Shown here: in pieces, positions 1 to 11,047 of the stretch
Numbering within the stretch: the first letter of the stretch is position 1
Layout of the letters: each line of letters begins with the position of its first letter
Source: an uncultured Nitrospiraceae bacterium
GTDB taxonomy: Bacteria > Nitrospirota > Thermodesulfovibrionia > Thermodesulfovibrionales > Dissulfurispiraceae
DNA length: 64,000 nt
NCBI GenBank assembly: GCA_963727805.1
Contig: CAVSHF010000003.1
Span: forward strand, 608,001-672,000
Direction of reading: 5' to 3'
Notes under the pieces: generated by a model
Told to the model about the DNA's origin: nothing
Database searches by the model: none
The model's input: the letters and a program-made list of their open reading frames with translations, nothing else
Position numbers and translations under genes: made by a program

Positions 1-1
1 A

Positions 2-1384
2 TTGTTGACTATAGCAACGATGCTTCCTGAAGATTGGGAGAAAAGACTAGTCGACATGAATGTGGAATGCCTGAATGACGACAACCTCAGGTGGGCCGAT
101 CTCGTCTTGTTGAGCGCGATGTCTGTCCAGAAGCAGTCGGTAAAAGAAGTGATTGCGAGATGCAAGGCGGCTGGCGTAAGGGTTGTCGCAGGAGGTTCTC
201 TGTTTACGACCGAATACGAGGGGTTCGGGGATGTAGATTATCTGGTATTGAACGAGGCCGAAATCACCCTCCCCCGTTTCCTAGAAGATTTCCGCAAGGG
301 AGATGCAGAGCATTTCTATACCACTGATCAGTGGGCAGACATACGTAAGACGCCGATTCCGCTGTGGGAGCTTATTAATCTGAAACACTATGCCTCAATC
401 AATATCCAGTATTCCAGGGGCTGCCCCTTCAACTGTGAGTTCTGCGACATTACCTTGCTCTGCGGACATGCACCACGCACCAAGGACAAGGACCAAATCA
501 TCAGGGAACTCGAGAGTGTGTACGCGTCAGGGTTCAGGGGTCAGGTCTTCTTTGTTGATGATAATTTTATCGGGAACAAGAAAAAGCTAAAAGAGGAGAT
601 CCTCCCTGCCATCATCGAATGGACGAAAATGAGAAAGCATCCCTTCTCTTTTAATACGCAAGCATCCATAGAACTGTCCGATCATAAAGACCTCATGGAA
701 ATGATGGTCAGGGCAGGATTTGATGTCGTCTTCATCGGTATTGAGACCCCGCATGAACAGAGCCTCGCGGAATGCAGCAAATTCCAGAACAAGAACCGCG
801 ATCTCCTCGCCAGCGTCAGGAATATCCAGAAGTGCGGCCTAGAGGTGCAAGGAGGATTCATACTCGGTTTCGACAACGACCCCCTTACGATTTTTGACAC
901 CCAGATTAACTTCATCCAGAAAAGCGGGGTCGTCACGGCCATGGTCGGCATTCTAGTCGCACTTCCGGGCACGCAGCTTTACCAGAGACTCAAAAAAGAG
1001 CGACGGCTGTTGAAAGAGACCTCGGGAAACAATACGGATTTCTCGACTAATTTCATTCCGAGAATGGACTATGACCTGCTAATCAACGGCTACAAAAAGG
1101 TCCTCGGCACCCTGTATTCGCCAAGGCACTACTATGAAAGAGTCAGGACATTCCTGAGGGAATACATTCCTCCTCAGAATAATTTGTTTCATTTCCGTTT
1201 CAACTACATCGCCGCGTTCATAAAGTCTATCATAATATTGGGGATCATAGGAAAAGAGAGGTTCCATTATTGGAGGCTTCTGCTGTGGACTATATTTACT
1301 CGTCCGCGCCTCATTCCACAGGCCGTTACTCTCTCGATCTACGGGTTCCACTTCCGTAAGGTTTTTGAGAAGCGTCTTGGTTGA
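2..1384 (+). CDS. B12-binding radical SAM protein (DUF4070-type), 5' end runs off the window
   Basis: CxxxCxxC motif (RGCPFNCEFC), N-terminal cobalamin-binding-like segment, C-terminal YGFHFRK typical of this family. Confidence 0.9.
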   Translation: MLTIATMLPEDWEKRLVDMNVECLNDDNLRWADLVLLSAMSVQKQSVKEVIARCKAAGVRVVAGGSLFTTEYEGFGDVDYLVLNEAEITLPRFLEDFRKGDAEHFYTTDQWADIRKTPIPLWELINLKHYASINIQYSRGCPFNCEFCDITLLCGHAPRTKDKDQIIRELESVYASGFRGQVFFVDDNFIGNKKKLKEEILPAIIEWTKMRKHPFSFNTQASIELSDHKDLMEMMVRAGFDVVFIGIETPHEQSLAECSKFQNKNRDLLASVRNIQKCGLEVQGGFILGFDNDPLTIFDTQINFIQKSGVVTAMVGILVALPGTQLYQRLKKERRLLKETSGNNTDFSTNFIPRMDYDLLINGYKKVLGTLYSPRHYYERVRTFLREYIPPQNNLFHFRFNYIAAFIKSIIILGIIGKERFHYWRLLLWTIFTRPRLIPQAVTLSIYGFHFRKVFEKRLG

Positions 1385-1616
1385 GGACGCGCAGGGAAGG
1401 TTATCTATTACACCTGATGTTTGACTACAATGCCCTGAAAATAATCTCTGCCAAAAGACTCGATTTTCCGACGTCACATAATCTTGATAGAATTATTTAC
1501 ATAGCACTCTTTTGGGAGGAGGAGCGCGATGTTCCTTCGCGGTGTGTCATTGTCTTACTTGCATACAACTTTAAATGTTTAATTTACCGATAAACAAGGA
1601 ATGAGGTATAAGAATT

Positions 1617-2051
1617 ATGCCACCACGCATGAAGAGCGTAGAAGTTCTCCTCGTTGAGGATGACCCTGCAGATGTCGAATTGACAAGTGAGGCTCTAAAA
1701 GATTCGAAGGTGCTGGTAAACTTGACTGTCGTTGACGATGGTGTTAAAGCAATGCAATTCCTCAAACGGGAAGCTCCTTACGGTGATGCCCTCAGGCCCG
1801 ACCTAGTTATACTCGATCTGAACCTTCCCAGGAAGGACGGGAGAGAAGTACTGCAGGAGATTAAGAATGACGAAAATCTCAGAAGCATTCCTGTATGTAT
1901 CCTCACTACATCAAATAATGCGTTGGACATAAAAAAGTGCTATGAATGGGGCGCCAACTGCTGGATTACCAAGCCCATCGGCCTGAAGGAATTCACAAGG
2001 ATCGTCAGAAGCGTTCAGGACTTTTGGTTTACTGTTGTAAAATTACCATAG
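1617..2051 (+). CDS. Single-domain response regulator (Rcp1-like)
   Basis: LLVEDD, DLVILDLNLP phospho-Asp and KP motifs. Confidence 0.92.
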   Translation: MPPRMKSVEVLLVEDDPADVELTSEALKDSKVLVNLTVVDDGVKAMQFLKREAPYGDALRPDLVILDLNLPRKDGREVLQEIKNDENLRSIPVCILTTSNNALDIKKCYEWGANCWITKPIGLKEFTRIVRSVQDFWFTVVKLP

Positions 2052-2198
2052 ATAGACTTTCTAATCGGAAAGTCTGTTTGCTTCTTCCGGGCAAACTAAT
2101 AAGCTTCAAACGACGCCTATTATTTAAAGCTAGTATATTGTAGGATCGGCGTCGACCGACAATATATAATTCAGTTCCCGCACGTGCCCTAATATCTA

Positions 2199-3554
2199 CT
2201 ATATCTTTGGAAGGCTAAAGTAAAATGTCGCTCCCTGCCCCACGGCACCTTCAGCCCAGACCTTTCCGCCATGGCGGGCAATAATGCGCTGCACATTGGC
2301 AAGGCCAATGCCTGTGCCTTCAAATTCATCTTGGGTATGAAGACGCTGGAATACGCCGAAGATCCTATCCGCATATTTCATATCAAATCCTACTCCATTA
2401 TCCGAGATTGAGCAGCTGATTTTATCATCCTCATCAGTGCATCCCATCTTTATTTCAGCCTGCAGACGCGTACGTGTGAACTTGACAGCATTGGAGAACA
2501 GATTGAAAATCGCAAGTCTCAATAATGACTCGTCTCCGAGTACATCAGGCAATTTATCGATTTTCCATCTAATCTGCCCTTCCTTGAGTTCTTCATTAAA
2601 TTCCTGAACAATCTCGCTTACCAGGGCATTCAAATTTACTTTTCTTTTCTGCATCTCTTTACTCCCGACGTGCGAAAGGGCGAGTAGATCCTGGATAAGT
2701 TTATCCATCTTTTTTGAGACCTTGATTATTGAAGCCATGTACTGATGAGTTTTCTCGTCAGGATGGTCAGCTATTTGTTTTTGCAGTCGTTCTACAAATC
2801 CTGACATATGCCGTAAGGGTGCACGAAGATCATGAGATACTGAGTAGCTGAAAGCTTCAAGCTCTTTGTTTGCAGCAATCAAGTCGGTGGTACGCTCAGC
2901 TACTTGTTCCTCCAACTGCCTCCGGTATCCCTCCAACTGCGTTTCAGTCCGTTTCCTCTCCTCTATTTCAGCAAGCAGTTCCTCATTGGTTACCGATAGC
3001 TCAGCCGTCCTCCTCATAACTTTCAGGTCTAATTCGTCATGAGCTCTTCTGAGGGATTCCTCAGCTTTTTTACGTTCGGAAACATCGCGTATGACTGCAA
3101 TCACGAACATCTCTTCCTTGGCTTTCAGAGGTCCAAGGGCGATATCCACTGAGAATTCGCTTCCATCCTTCTTTCTGCCGTAAAGTTCCAGCCCCGTGCC
3201 CATCGGTCGGACATGAGGATCAGTCATATAAGTCCGGCGATGTTTCTTGTGTTTTTTCCTGAATCTGTCCGGCAGAAGGATATCATGATCGGCATTAGTC
3301 AATTCATTAGTAGAATATCCGAACAATCTCTCAGCCTGTTTATTGGCCCGAACAATCTGGCCGCTACTATCTACGACTATGATACCATCAGGGGCAAATT
3401 CGAAGAGGCCTTCGAACATAGCCTTTGTTCTACTGAGCTCCTCCTGGTACTTCTTTTTGTCCTCTTCTGACTGTTCCATCTCACTGATTCGTGAACGCAA
3501 CTTCGTCAGGTCCCGTATTAACTGCTCCTTTGTAAGATCGTCGGGTGATCTCAT
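2199..3554 (-). CDS. PAS-domain sensor histidine kinase
   Basis: PAS domain, H-box SVSHDLRAPL, N-box NAVKF, G-boxes DNGVGF and GTGIGL; ATG at 3554 preferred over TTG at 3572. Confidence 0.92.
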   Translation of the reverse strand: MRSPDDLTKEQLIRDLTKLRSRISEMEQSEEDKKKYQEELSRTKAMFEGLFEFAPDGIIVVDSSGQIVRANKQAERLFGYSTNELTNADHDILLPDRFRKKHKKHRRTYMTDPHVRPMGTGLELYGRKKDGSEFSVDIALGPLKAKEEMFVIAVIRDVSERKKAEESLRRAHDELDLKVMRRTAELSVTNEELLAEIEERKRTETQLEGYRRQLEEQVAERTTDLIAANKELEAFSYSVSHDLRAPLRHMSGFVERLQKQIADHPDEKTHQYMASIIKVSKKMDKLIQDLLALSHVGSKEMQKRKVNLNALVSEIVQEFNEELKEGQIRWKIDKLPDVLGDESLLRLAIFNLFSNAVKFTRTRLQAEIKMGCTDEDDKISCSISDNGVGFDMKYADRIFGVFQRLHTQDEFEGTGIGLANVQRIIARHGGKVWAEGAVGQGATFYFSLPKI

Positions 3555-3976
3555 ATGGTCCTTTTGGAACAAATAGATAGGCTACTGATCTTTACTTGAA
3601 CTCCTAGTAGGTTTTTCCGGAAGTGAATGTGACCGATGATATCTCGTGCTTTTCCGTCCGAGCGATTCGGCTCTTTTTTCATTTCAGTTTCCTCGATAGC
3701 GTAATATTAGAGCTATTCAAGTATATACCAGTTCAGCATGAATTGAACAACTGGATATTTCGGCTGGCCGAAGACAGAATAAGCTATTTTGCGAATAGTA
3801 AGATCGACTGTTGCAAAGAAAACCACTCGCGTTCTGCTTATATTTTTGACCGAAGAGATCGGGTCGTTTGCGCAATATTTCTTCCTGCTAGACCGACGCT
3901 CTCCTCCTGGAAATATTGCCTGCAAGAAAGTCATCGATTTTACCCGTACCAGGAATTTGGTGATTTCCCGAAGTAA

Positions 3977-4614
3977 GTGCGCCACGAGGCTGCACAGGAA
4001 GATGAGGGTTGGCCCCTCGAAGCCGGCTTGCAGGAGCAGGCTTCAACCCACCTTAAGCTGCTGTAGTCGAAAGGCTCCGGTGGTGAGCGTTAAAGGAAAA
4101 GGCACGACTAGATCGTGTCAGGGATGGATCAGAGAGATGAGCGTAAGCGAACCGCTGATGAGGTGTCGAAAGGAAAAGGACGACGTCAAAACTGATGTTC
4201 TTACTTTGCATCAGGATTAGTTCAGGAGATACCTGTTTACTGCCTGAACGGCGTCCGGCATAGAGGCGGCATGAAGCTGATCTAGGCTCCTGTGTGGAAC
4301 GCGGGAACTCTTCATCTGATGCTAAGAGAAAACCCTATAAGTGCAAACGAAGGGGGAAAGTATCGATGCAGGTGAAGGGGTCGGACCGTCCAATAGTACC
4401 GATGAAGCGGTGATAATAAGCCGTGGAGGGAAGGGGATGGGTCAATCCACAAAGAGTACCAGTCAACTGGGTGACCAGGAGGAACTATCGCTCAATGTGT
4501 ATGGTTGAGACTGCAAAGACTCAACTTGATGATTGACACGAGCCGTATGAATCGAGAGGTTCACGTACGGAATCTGTGAGGGGCTGGTGGTGCGATTCCA
4601 CCGGCCTACTCGAC
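3977..4614 (+). mobile_element. ORF-less group II intron (IIB, RmInt1/class D-like RNA)
   Basis: Starts GTGCG and ends CCTACTCGAC; domain V GAGCCGTATGAATCGAGAGGTTCACGTACGGAATC at 4540-4574; EBS1 TTACTTT (4201-4207) pairs with IBS1 GAAGTAA (3970-3976); EBS2 GGAAA (4172-4176) pairs with IBS2 TTTCC (3964-3968); domain IV about 95 nt with no ORF. Confidence 0.92.
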
Positions 4615-4788
4615 CTGTAATAGCCGCTTTGTAGGCACCTTTACTAGGTTTTATAGATGTTTTACTCATTGAGCATATAGAATCTTATTAAAGCGATAAA
4701 AAACATTGCAAATGACCCCACCCAACAATTAGGAAATTTATAAAATTCCCCATCGCAAAAATGCCTATTATCTACTATGTGATTCGCA

Positions 4789-5367
4789 TTATTTTTTAGC
4801 TAAGGCCCAAACAACCATCGGGAAACGAGCATCGTTCTCAAGAGAATGTTTACGCTGATCATATACAATCCATGAATCCAGATTTGCAATTGCGCAACTT
4901 TTGTTACCCCATGAACCGGTTTGTATGTGTTCCGCCGGGAAACCGGCCTCTTCCAAGAAATATTTCAAGCCAGTCTCAGTCCAGCGCGTACAATCCTCTG
5001 GTGCCGGATGGTATAGGATAAGAAACGGGGTCGTTATAAGAAAATATCCTCCAGCATTAAGCATTGAATAAACATTTTTTGCTGCACGATGAGGATAAAT
5101 CAGATGTTCAAACACTTGCTCTGCAATAATAAGATCAAACGTTTCATCCAGCTTATCCTTGCAAATATCGATCTCGGGATAACAAAGCGTTTTATAGGAT
5201 TTGAAATTGAAATCCTTCCACTTCACGCCTGATATTTCGAGAATGCTCATTTGGGAATGATCTATTTTTTCGACTAGTCTCTTAGTCGCGTCTTCCATCA
5301 CGATCCGACACCATTGATCGGAAGCCGTTGTTTCTCTGCGTTTCAGCTTTTTTAAGAAATTAAACAT
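4789..5367 (-). CDS. Class I SAM-dependent methyltransferase
   Basis: FDLIIAEQVFEH and LNAGGYFLITTPF motifs. Confidence 0.8.
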   Translation of the reverse strand: MFNFLKKLKRRETTASDQWCRIVMEDATKRLVEKIDHSQMSILEISGVKWKDFNFKSYKTLCYPEIDICKDKLDETFDLIIAEQVFEHLIYPHRAAKNVYSMLNAGGYFLITTPFLILYHPAPEDCTRWTETGLKYFLEEAGFPAEHIQTGSWGNKSCAIANLDSWIVYDQRKHSLENDARFPMVVWALAKK

Positions 5368-5584
5368 TCAATTTATTTCTTTATAATAACCACAGCATTG
5401 GAATTTATTAATCCCCAGTGTTTGTAATCGCTTTTGCTAAATACAGTGATTCCAAAAGATGGCTTAAGTATTGCCCGCCTGCAGCGACCATAGTCGGCAT
5501 ACCCTTCGCTGTGGCCAGGGTAACCACTTGTCCCAGCTTGTCTATCCCATCTGATAGCATAACCATTTTATAATTTAGAGTTAG

Positions 5585-6454
5585 TCAATAAGGCAGCCAC
5601 TCTGTGCCACCCCGCACTGATGAAAACTCATTGATGTGTCTATCATTCTTTTGAATAACCGCTACAAACGGATATAAATGCACTGAATTAATTGAACTTT
5701 GAAAATGCGTTGCTTTTGAAGCTGTGGAATCTTCATTTCTATTGATTACGTTAAGAGCATTCATTAGTCCAAATAGAAACGCAGTAAAATGGTCTGAAAG
5801 TATATCTTCGCAAAGATAAACACCTCCTGGACGAATATGTGGCAGCATTTCTTCAAGAGTTACAACTTGCTGTTCAGGCAAGTGTCCTCCATCATCAATA
5901 ACTATATCTATGGTAGGAACTTTATCCTTAAAATCTTTCCAAAAAGCGCGGTCCCCTTGATCTCCTATGAATATCTTCGTCCTATCATCTTCATGTGCTT
6001 TACAGGCTGGGTGAACGTCAATGCCATATACGTGACACTTCGATCCAAAATAGTCATGCCACATTTCAAGACTTCCACCGCTATGTACACCAATCTCTAG
6101 CACGTGAACATCACGTCCCCTAAAAACATCAAAATGCGTATGATAAATATCGAAATAATTAGAGCTTTTATGAACTCCTTTCCCTTCCTTGTGAGAATCA
6201 ATATAAAGTTTCAATGGGTTTGTAGATTCTATGGATTTTCCATGGCTAGACTTAACGCTATTTTGACATGTGTCTGTACTATCGCTGTTCCAGTCTCTGG
6301 AATAAACTGAACCATTCACGAATGCTGGAATGAGGTTAAGTAGGTGGCGCGTCAATTTTGGCTCTTCTAAAAAAGTCTGGCCTAATTGACGCAGCCGTGA
6401 ACAATATCGTATTAGCTGAGAGACAAATTGGTTATGCTTCTTATTTTCCTGCAT
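5585..6454 (-). CDS. Class I SAM-dependent methyltransferase (sugar O-methyltransferase-like)
   Basis: VLEIGVHSGGS, GDQ, IVIDDGGH and GGVYLCED motifs; ATG at 6454 with GGAG upstream. Confidence 0.82.
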   Translation of the reverse strand: MQENKKHNQFVSQLIRYCSRLRQLGQTFLEEPKLTRHLLNLIPAFVNGSVYSRDWNSDSTDTCQNSVKSSHGKSIESTNPLKLYIDSHKEGKGVHKSSNYFDIYHTHFDVFRGRDVHVLEIGVHSGGSLEMWHDYFGSKCHVYGIDVHPACKAHEDDRTKIFIGDQGDRAFWKDFKDKVPTIDIVIDDGGHLPEQQVVTLEEMLPHIRPGGVYLCEDILSDHFTAFLFGLMNALNVINRNEDSTASKATHFQSSINSVHLYPFVAVIQKNDRHINEFSSVRGGTEWLPY

Positions 6455-6600
6455 GATTATATCTCCATCAAATATCGTCAACCCAAAAACCCAGACAACC
6501 ATACAATACCACAACCAAGCATGAAGGAGGTATTTTGGGGAATTTTACTTTGCAGGTGAAATTCGCCTTCAGTATACGCATATATAAGAGTGCAGGGCCA

Positions 6601-7476
6601 TCACTGGCCACACATAAAGCCAATCTCATTCTCAAGACGTAGACGGTCTGGAACCGCCACGGTATACGTTTCATGTGCCAGCTCAATATGAACCGGAATG
6701 GGCTCAACAGAAGACTCTTTAAAGTTGAAAACAATATCAAATGAGCTGGTATTGCGCCACCCCTTAAAGCTCATGGTTACGTCATAGCTGTTGCTCTTAT
6801 TAAAGACACAACGAAGTTCAACAGTGGGCCCATCGGCAGAAAAAGTAGTGACTATCAATGTACGATGCTGTTGTAAATTCAGCGGGTTAAAGACGAGCAG
6901 ATGAACATTATCGGGCGACAGCGCAGCGATATCGTCTCCATGGTGTACATAAGCCATCTTGCCGCTCCTCGGGTTGATAAGGTACGATCCGGGCGAGTCA
7001 TGCTCAAGTCGATCTTCGACCCTATAATATTTGAAACGGCTGAAGCGCCCAGCGTAGAAGTACTTTGCACCATCCCCTTCACTTTGAGGACCTCCTGGGT
7101 CGGACCAATTAGTGAATGTAATCGGCGAAGCTGATGCAGGAGTTATAGCGAGACGCTTCCCAGATCGACGAACGTGCTGTTTTTCTCCGGTTATAAGAGC
7201 GCGTTCTTTTTCTTTGTTAGCTCCATATGACATAACATCAGGAGAATTCCAGTCATGATCGGGAGAGGAAAGGATAGTCAGAGCAGCATCGCGGGGAAGT
7301 ATTTCGTATCGAACAGGGCGCGACTGCGGGTGTGCCGTATTAGGTGTGTTTGTGCCAAGGAATAGCACAGAAGGGCTTTCAAATTTATACTCACCAGCAG
7401 GTCTGCCATCAGCTTGGCCAAGCAAGGCCAAGAGTAGTAGAAATACCGGGATGAGCCTGCTATGGAAAGTGGACAT
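6601..7476 (-). CDS. Secreted hypothetical protein
   Basis: 291-aa ORF with signal peptide (LLLLALLGQADG), abutting the upstream ORF. Confidence 0.7.
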   Translation of the reverse strand: MSTFHSRLIPVFLLLLALLGQADGRPAGEYKFESPSVLFLGTNTPNTAHPQSRPVRYEILPRDAALTILSSPDHDWNSPDVMSYGANKEKERALITGEKQHVRRSGKRLAITPASASPITFTNWSDPGGPQSEGDGAKYFYAGRFSRFKYYRVEDRLEHDSPGSYLINPRSGKMAYVHHGDDIAALSPDNVHLLVFNPLNLQQHRTLIVTTFSADGPTVELRCVFNKSNSYDVTMSFKGWRNTSSFDIVFNFKESSVEPIPVHIELAHETYTVAVPDRLRLENEIGFMCGQ

Positions 7477-7914
7477 CTATCGGCACTCAATCTTTCGTAT
7501 ACCCGGCAACCCTGATGGAAAACGCGAGTCTTCATCGTAGGTAACCCGGCAGGCGCTCACCGAATCCGGGAGGCGCCTGGACAGTTCTGCCCGAGTTCCT
7601 ACGTATGAACATCGTATCCAATAGCCACCGGAATCTCTGGGGAAGTTCCATGTACCAACCCATCCACCCTTGATCTTCGACTTTTCGTCATATACAAGGG
7701 ATGCATTCCCCTGAGGAAGGCCACTAAAAAAGGTCACCATCTCAAGCTGGTAGGGTAAGGAGCTGTATGATACGCTCCACTCGGACGATGGAGGTACTGC
7801 CTTCTGGTCAACTTCGATCGTGTCGGGGCACCACATCTTGTCCTCAGCGGAACATATCCCAGTCAACACAAGAGCAAAAACAAACATACACAGACATGTG
7901 CCTGGTTTCATCAC
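7477..7914 (-). CDS. Secreted Cys-rich protein resembling the STY0301 family
   Basis: Signal peptide; pattern CP...FFSGLP..ASLV...W...WIRCSY..T..LSRRLP...C.V.Y recalled for this family. Confidence 0.6.
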   Translation of the reverse strand: MMKPGTCLCMFVFALVLTGICSAEDKMWCPDTIEVDQKAVPPSSEWSVSYSSLPYQLEMVTFFSGLPQGNASLVYDEKSKIKGGWVGTWNFPRDSGGYWIRCSYVGTRAELSRRLPDSVSACRVTYDEDSRFPSGLPGIRKIECR

Positions 7915-8383
7915 GGGTCCTTTCTCAACTGCCTGCCTGCCGAGTCAAAAATAGAATTCAGACAGCCACTGACTTTTTTCATAAATCTTAACCGGGGGAA
8001 AAGACGAAGTCAAGAAGAAAACTTCAGTTAATCTTTAGTTGATACATTGACGTGCCTTATCTTGCTTGCCCACATAGATTCAACTAATAAAATTCATCCA
8101 TGTTTTGCATTTGTTCTTGTCATTGTGTTGAGCAGTTCAGAGAGGGTACACTGAAGTTTAGCATTGCCTTTTTTGATATAATATTAACTATATTTGTATG
8201 TGCTAATATTACTTATTCATTATGGAAAATATACCAGGTCGCAGCGTTGATACCTGGTGGTATGTAAGGCATATAAGCAGCAATCGTTAACGCGGGCATG
8301 AAGTCGGCGGACCACAAAGTCCTTGCCAAAGCGACCCCCACGGCTCCACTTTGACAGAATCAACCTTGAAAGGTTCAATAATC

Positions 8384-11047
8384 TCACAAAGCGTGCAATC
8401 GCTTTCTAACAAAACGCTTTCTCATGTTATCAGCAATATGCAGAAGGGCGGAGAGCGGAAAGAGTATAAGCCATATGGCTGATTCCAGCGGCGCAGTGCC
8501 GAAAATACTGTTTCCCAGAGGATGGTATATGATAAAGGTTGCCAACAGGACTTCCACCACGATTCCGATATTGATCAGCCTGTTGGAAAATATCCCTTGA
8601 CCGAGCCCCGGCTCCGTGGCCGACCTGCACGAGAACACGTTCCCTATCTGCATGATTACAATGCCCAGAAAAACGGCGGAAGACGCCTGCCGCTGCAGCA
8701 AATGCCCTTGTGGTAAAACCACGCCCCATTGCCAGCCGCCGCGGTACAGCGTGAAGAAATAGACAAAGAGGACGCTTACGGCGCTTATAAGCCCCAGAAA
8801 GATATATCCCCTGAAAAGAAGCGCTCTGTCTATCAGACCGCCTTTGCGGCGGGGCGGCTGTTTCATGCTGCTCGCCTCCGGCCGTTCCGCGCCGAGTGCA
8901 AGGGCGGGGAGTGTATCTGTGCCGAGGTCTATGGCGAGTATCTGCATGACAGTGAGGGGGAGTGGAATCCTGAAAAGTGCGAACATTATATAAGGTAGAG
9001 CCTCCGATGTCCCATGAGAGAAAATATAGGTGATAAACTTTTTGATATTTTCAAAGATGGCCCTGCCTTCCTCAACCGCATTCACGATAGTGGCGAAGTT
9101 ATCATCAAGAAGAACCATGTCGGCAGCCTCCTTTGCCACATCTGTGCCGCTCAGACCCATGGCAATCCCGATATCCGCCTTTTTCAATGCCGGCGCGTCA
9201 TTCACCCCATCACCTGTCACCGCCACCCGCTCTCCTTCATCCTTCAGGACCGACACAATCCGCATCTTATGGTCAGGGGTCATACGAGCAAAGACAATTT
9301 CTTCGGCAAGGGCCTTCTTCAGTTCATCGTCGTTAATACCGTTCAGCTCAGGCCCTTCTATTAAGCGGGGATTTTCTCCCACCAGGCCAATCTGCCGCGC
9401 AATGGCCATTGCTGTGCGTCCAGCGTCTCCGGTGATCATTATGACCTTGATTCCCGCGTCCCCGCATTTCTTCAGCGCCTCTGGGACTTCAGGACGGGGA
9501 GGATCTTCGAGCCCCATAAGCCCTGTAAAAACAAGATTGGATTCCACAAGGGATTCCTCTTTTTCGGAAACGTCTTCTTTTTTATAGGCAAAGGCGATGA
9601 CGCGAAGACCCCTGTCCATCAGGCTCTGGTAAGCCTGCATGAGCGATGCCTTGCTGCTGTCATCAACGGACTTTTCAGTGCCCCCGGAGAGCAGGCGGCT
9701 GCATAAAGGCAATACCGTCTCTACTGCTCCTTTGGTGAAAACAAAGACCTCTCCATTAATCCTGTTCACTGTGGTCATTCTTTTCCGCACGGAATCGAAG
9801 GGGATATCGGAGACTAGTTCAGCAGTGAGATCGCCGTATACTTCCCGCGCTTTCCTTAGCAGGGCAGTCTCTGTGGGGTCTCCCTTGTAACTGCCTCCCG
9901 CATACACTGCATTAGTGCAGCACCATGCGGCCTTCATGAGGCGCGATTCCGCATCCGCGCCATCCATCCATATGTCACTAACTTCCATAATGTTCCGGGT
10001 GAGAGTACCTGTCTTGTCAGTACAGATGACGGTCACCGACCCCAGGGTCTCCACCGAGGTGAGGGTCTTGATGAGCGCCTTCTTCCGCACCATCCTCTGG
10101 CTCCCCATTGCCAGCGCAAGGGTAACAGTGGGCAGGAGACCTTCGGGCACATTGGCTATGGTAATGCCGATGGCAAAGAGGAGATTATGCCAGAAGCTCC
10201 GTCCGGTAAAAGTCCCCACACCGAAGAAAAATATGCCCGTGGTGATGGCGATGATTGCGATGATCCGCGTCACCGATAGTATCTCCTTTTGGAGGGAACT
10301 CAGCCCCTGCTCAACGCCACTCGTTAGGTGGGCGATTTTGCCGAACTCCGTGGCCATCCCTGTGGCAAAGACCACGGCCCTGCCCGAACCGCTTACGACA
10401 AGAGTGCCCGCAAAAACAATATTGGGACTCTCCATTAGATCACCGTCACAGGGGTGGCAAGTCATTGGCTTTGACTCTGCCTCGCCGGTGAGAGGCGCAT
10501 TATTTACCGCCAGGCGGTTAACAGCAATAAGCCGCGCATCGGCAGGGACTTTGTCGCCTTCGCTCAGGAGCATCAGATCGCCGGGGCAGACATCCCCCGA
10601 GAGGACCTCATTGAGAATGCCGTCCCTCATTACCTTTACTTTAAAGGGCATGAGCTTCTTCAGCGCTTCCACCGCCTTATCGGCACGATACTCCTGGACA
10701 AAGGTGAATAGCGCGTTGATGATAATGACCACAACGATAGCAATGCCTAAGGAGAGCATTCCTTCTCCGTGATGCAGGTACTCCGAGAGGAAACTGAGAC
10801 CAGCCGCAATCCAGAGCAGAAGTGCGAGGAAATGAGTAAATTGTGCGACAAGTTTTCGCCAGAGGGGCATCCCCTTTACCGCGCGTATTTCGTTCTGTCC
10901 ATATTCGTGCAGCCGGCGTTCCGCTTCCTCTGCGAAGAGGCCTTTGTCCGACGTATTGAGAAACTTCAGTGTTTCTTCTTTTGAAAGGCTCTGGATGCCC
11001 ATGGCTGTTGCAGCGACCAGGACCTGCGCCTTGTTGTCCCAGCTCAT
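8384..11047 (-). CDS. Cation-transporting P-type ATPase (type II, Na/K-ATPase-like motifs)
   Basis: DKTGT phosphorylation site, ANVPEGL, GDGVNDAPAL, ILAIDLGTD. Confidence 0.95.
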   Translation of the reverse strand: MSWDNKAQVLVAATAMGIQSLSKEETLKFLNTSDKGLFAEEAERRLHEYGQNEIRAVKGMPLWRKLVAQFTHFLALLLWIAAGLSFLSEYLHHGEGMLSLGIAIVVVIIINALFTFVQEYRADKAVEALKKLMPFKVKVMRDGILNEVLSGDVCPGDLMLLSEGDKVPADARLIAVNRLAVNNAPLTGEAESKPMTCHPCDGDLMESPNIVFAGTLVVSGSGRAVVFATGMATEFGKIAHLTSGVEQGLSSLQKEILSVTRIIAIIAITTGIFFFGVGTFTGRSFWHNLLFAIGITIANVPEGLLPTVTLALAMGSQRMVRKKALIKTLTSVETLGSVTVICTDKTGTLTRNIMEVSDIWMDGADAESRLMKAAWCCTNAVYAGGSYKGDPTETALLRKAREVYGDLTAELVSDIPFDSVRKRMTTVNRINGEVFVFTKGAVETVLPLCSRLLSGGTEKSVDDSSKASLMQAYQSLMDRGLRVIAFAYKKEDVSEKEESLVESNLVFTGLMGLEDPPRPEVPEALKKCGDAGIKVIMITGDAGRTAMAIARQIGLVGENPRLIEGPELNGINDDELKKALAEEIVFARMTPDHKMRIVSVLKDEGERVAVTGDGVNDAPALKKADIGIAMGLSGTDVAKEAADMVLLDDNFATIVNAVEEGRAIFENIKKFITYIFSHGTSEALPYIMFALFRIPLPLTVMQILAIDLGTDTLPALALGAERPEASSMKQPPRRKGGLIDRALLFRGYIFLGLISAVSVLFVYFFTLYRGGWQWGVVLPQGHLLQRQASSAVFLGIVIMQIGNVFSCRSATEPGLGQGIFSNRLINIGIVVEVLLATFIIYHPLGNSIFGTAPLESAIWLILFPLSALLHIADNMRKRFVRKRLHAL

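Noticed and set aside
3623..4669. ORFs overlapping or flanking the ORF-less intron, and a spliced host gene
   Set aside because: Joining the exons gives no recognisable protein on either strand; ORFs inside the intron are incidental frames
4710..6560. Second IS21-like bracket around the two methyltransferases (AAAATTCCCC near 4742, inverted near 6537)
   Set aside because: Only a 10-bp match, with no clear termini, repeat array or TSD
4789..7914. Integron cassette array
   Set aside because: No attC-like sites or integrase found
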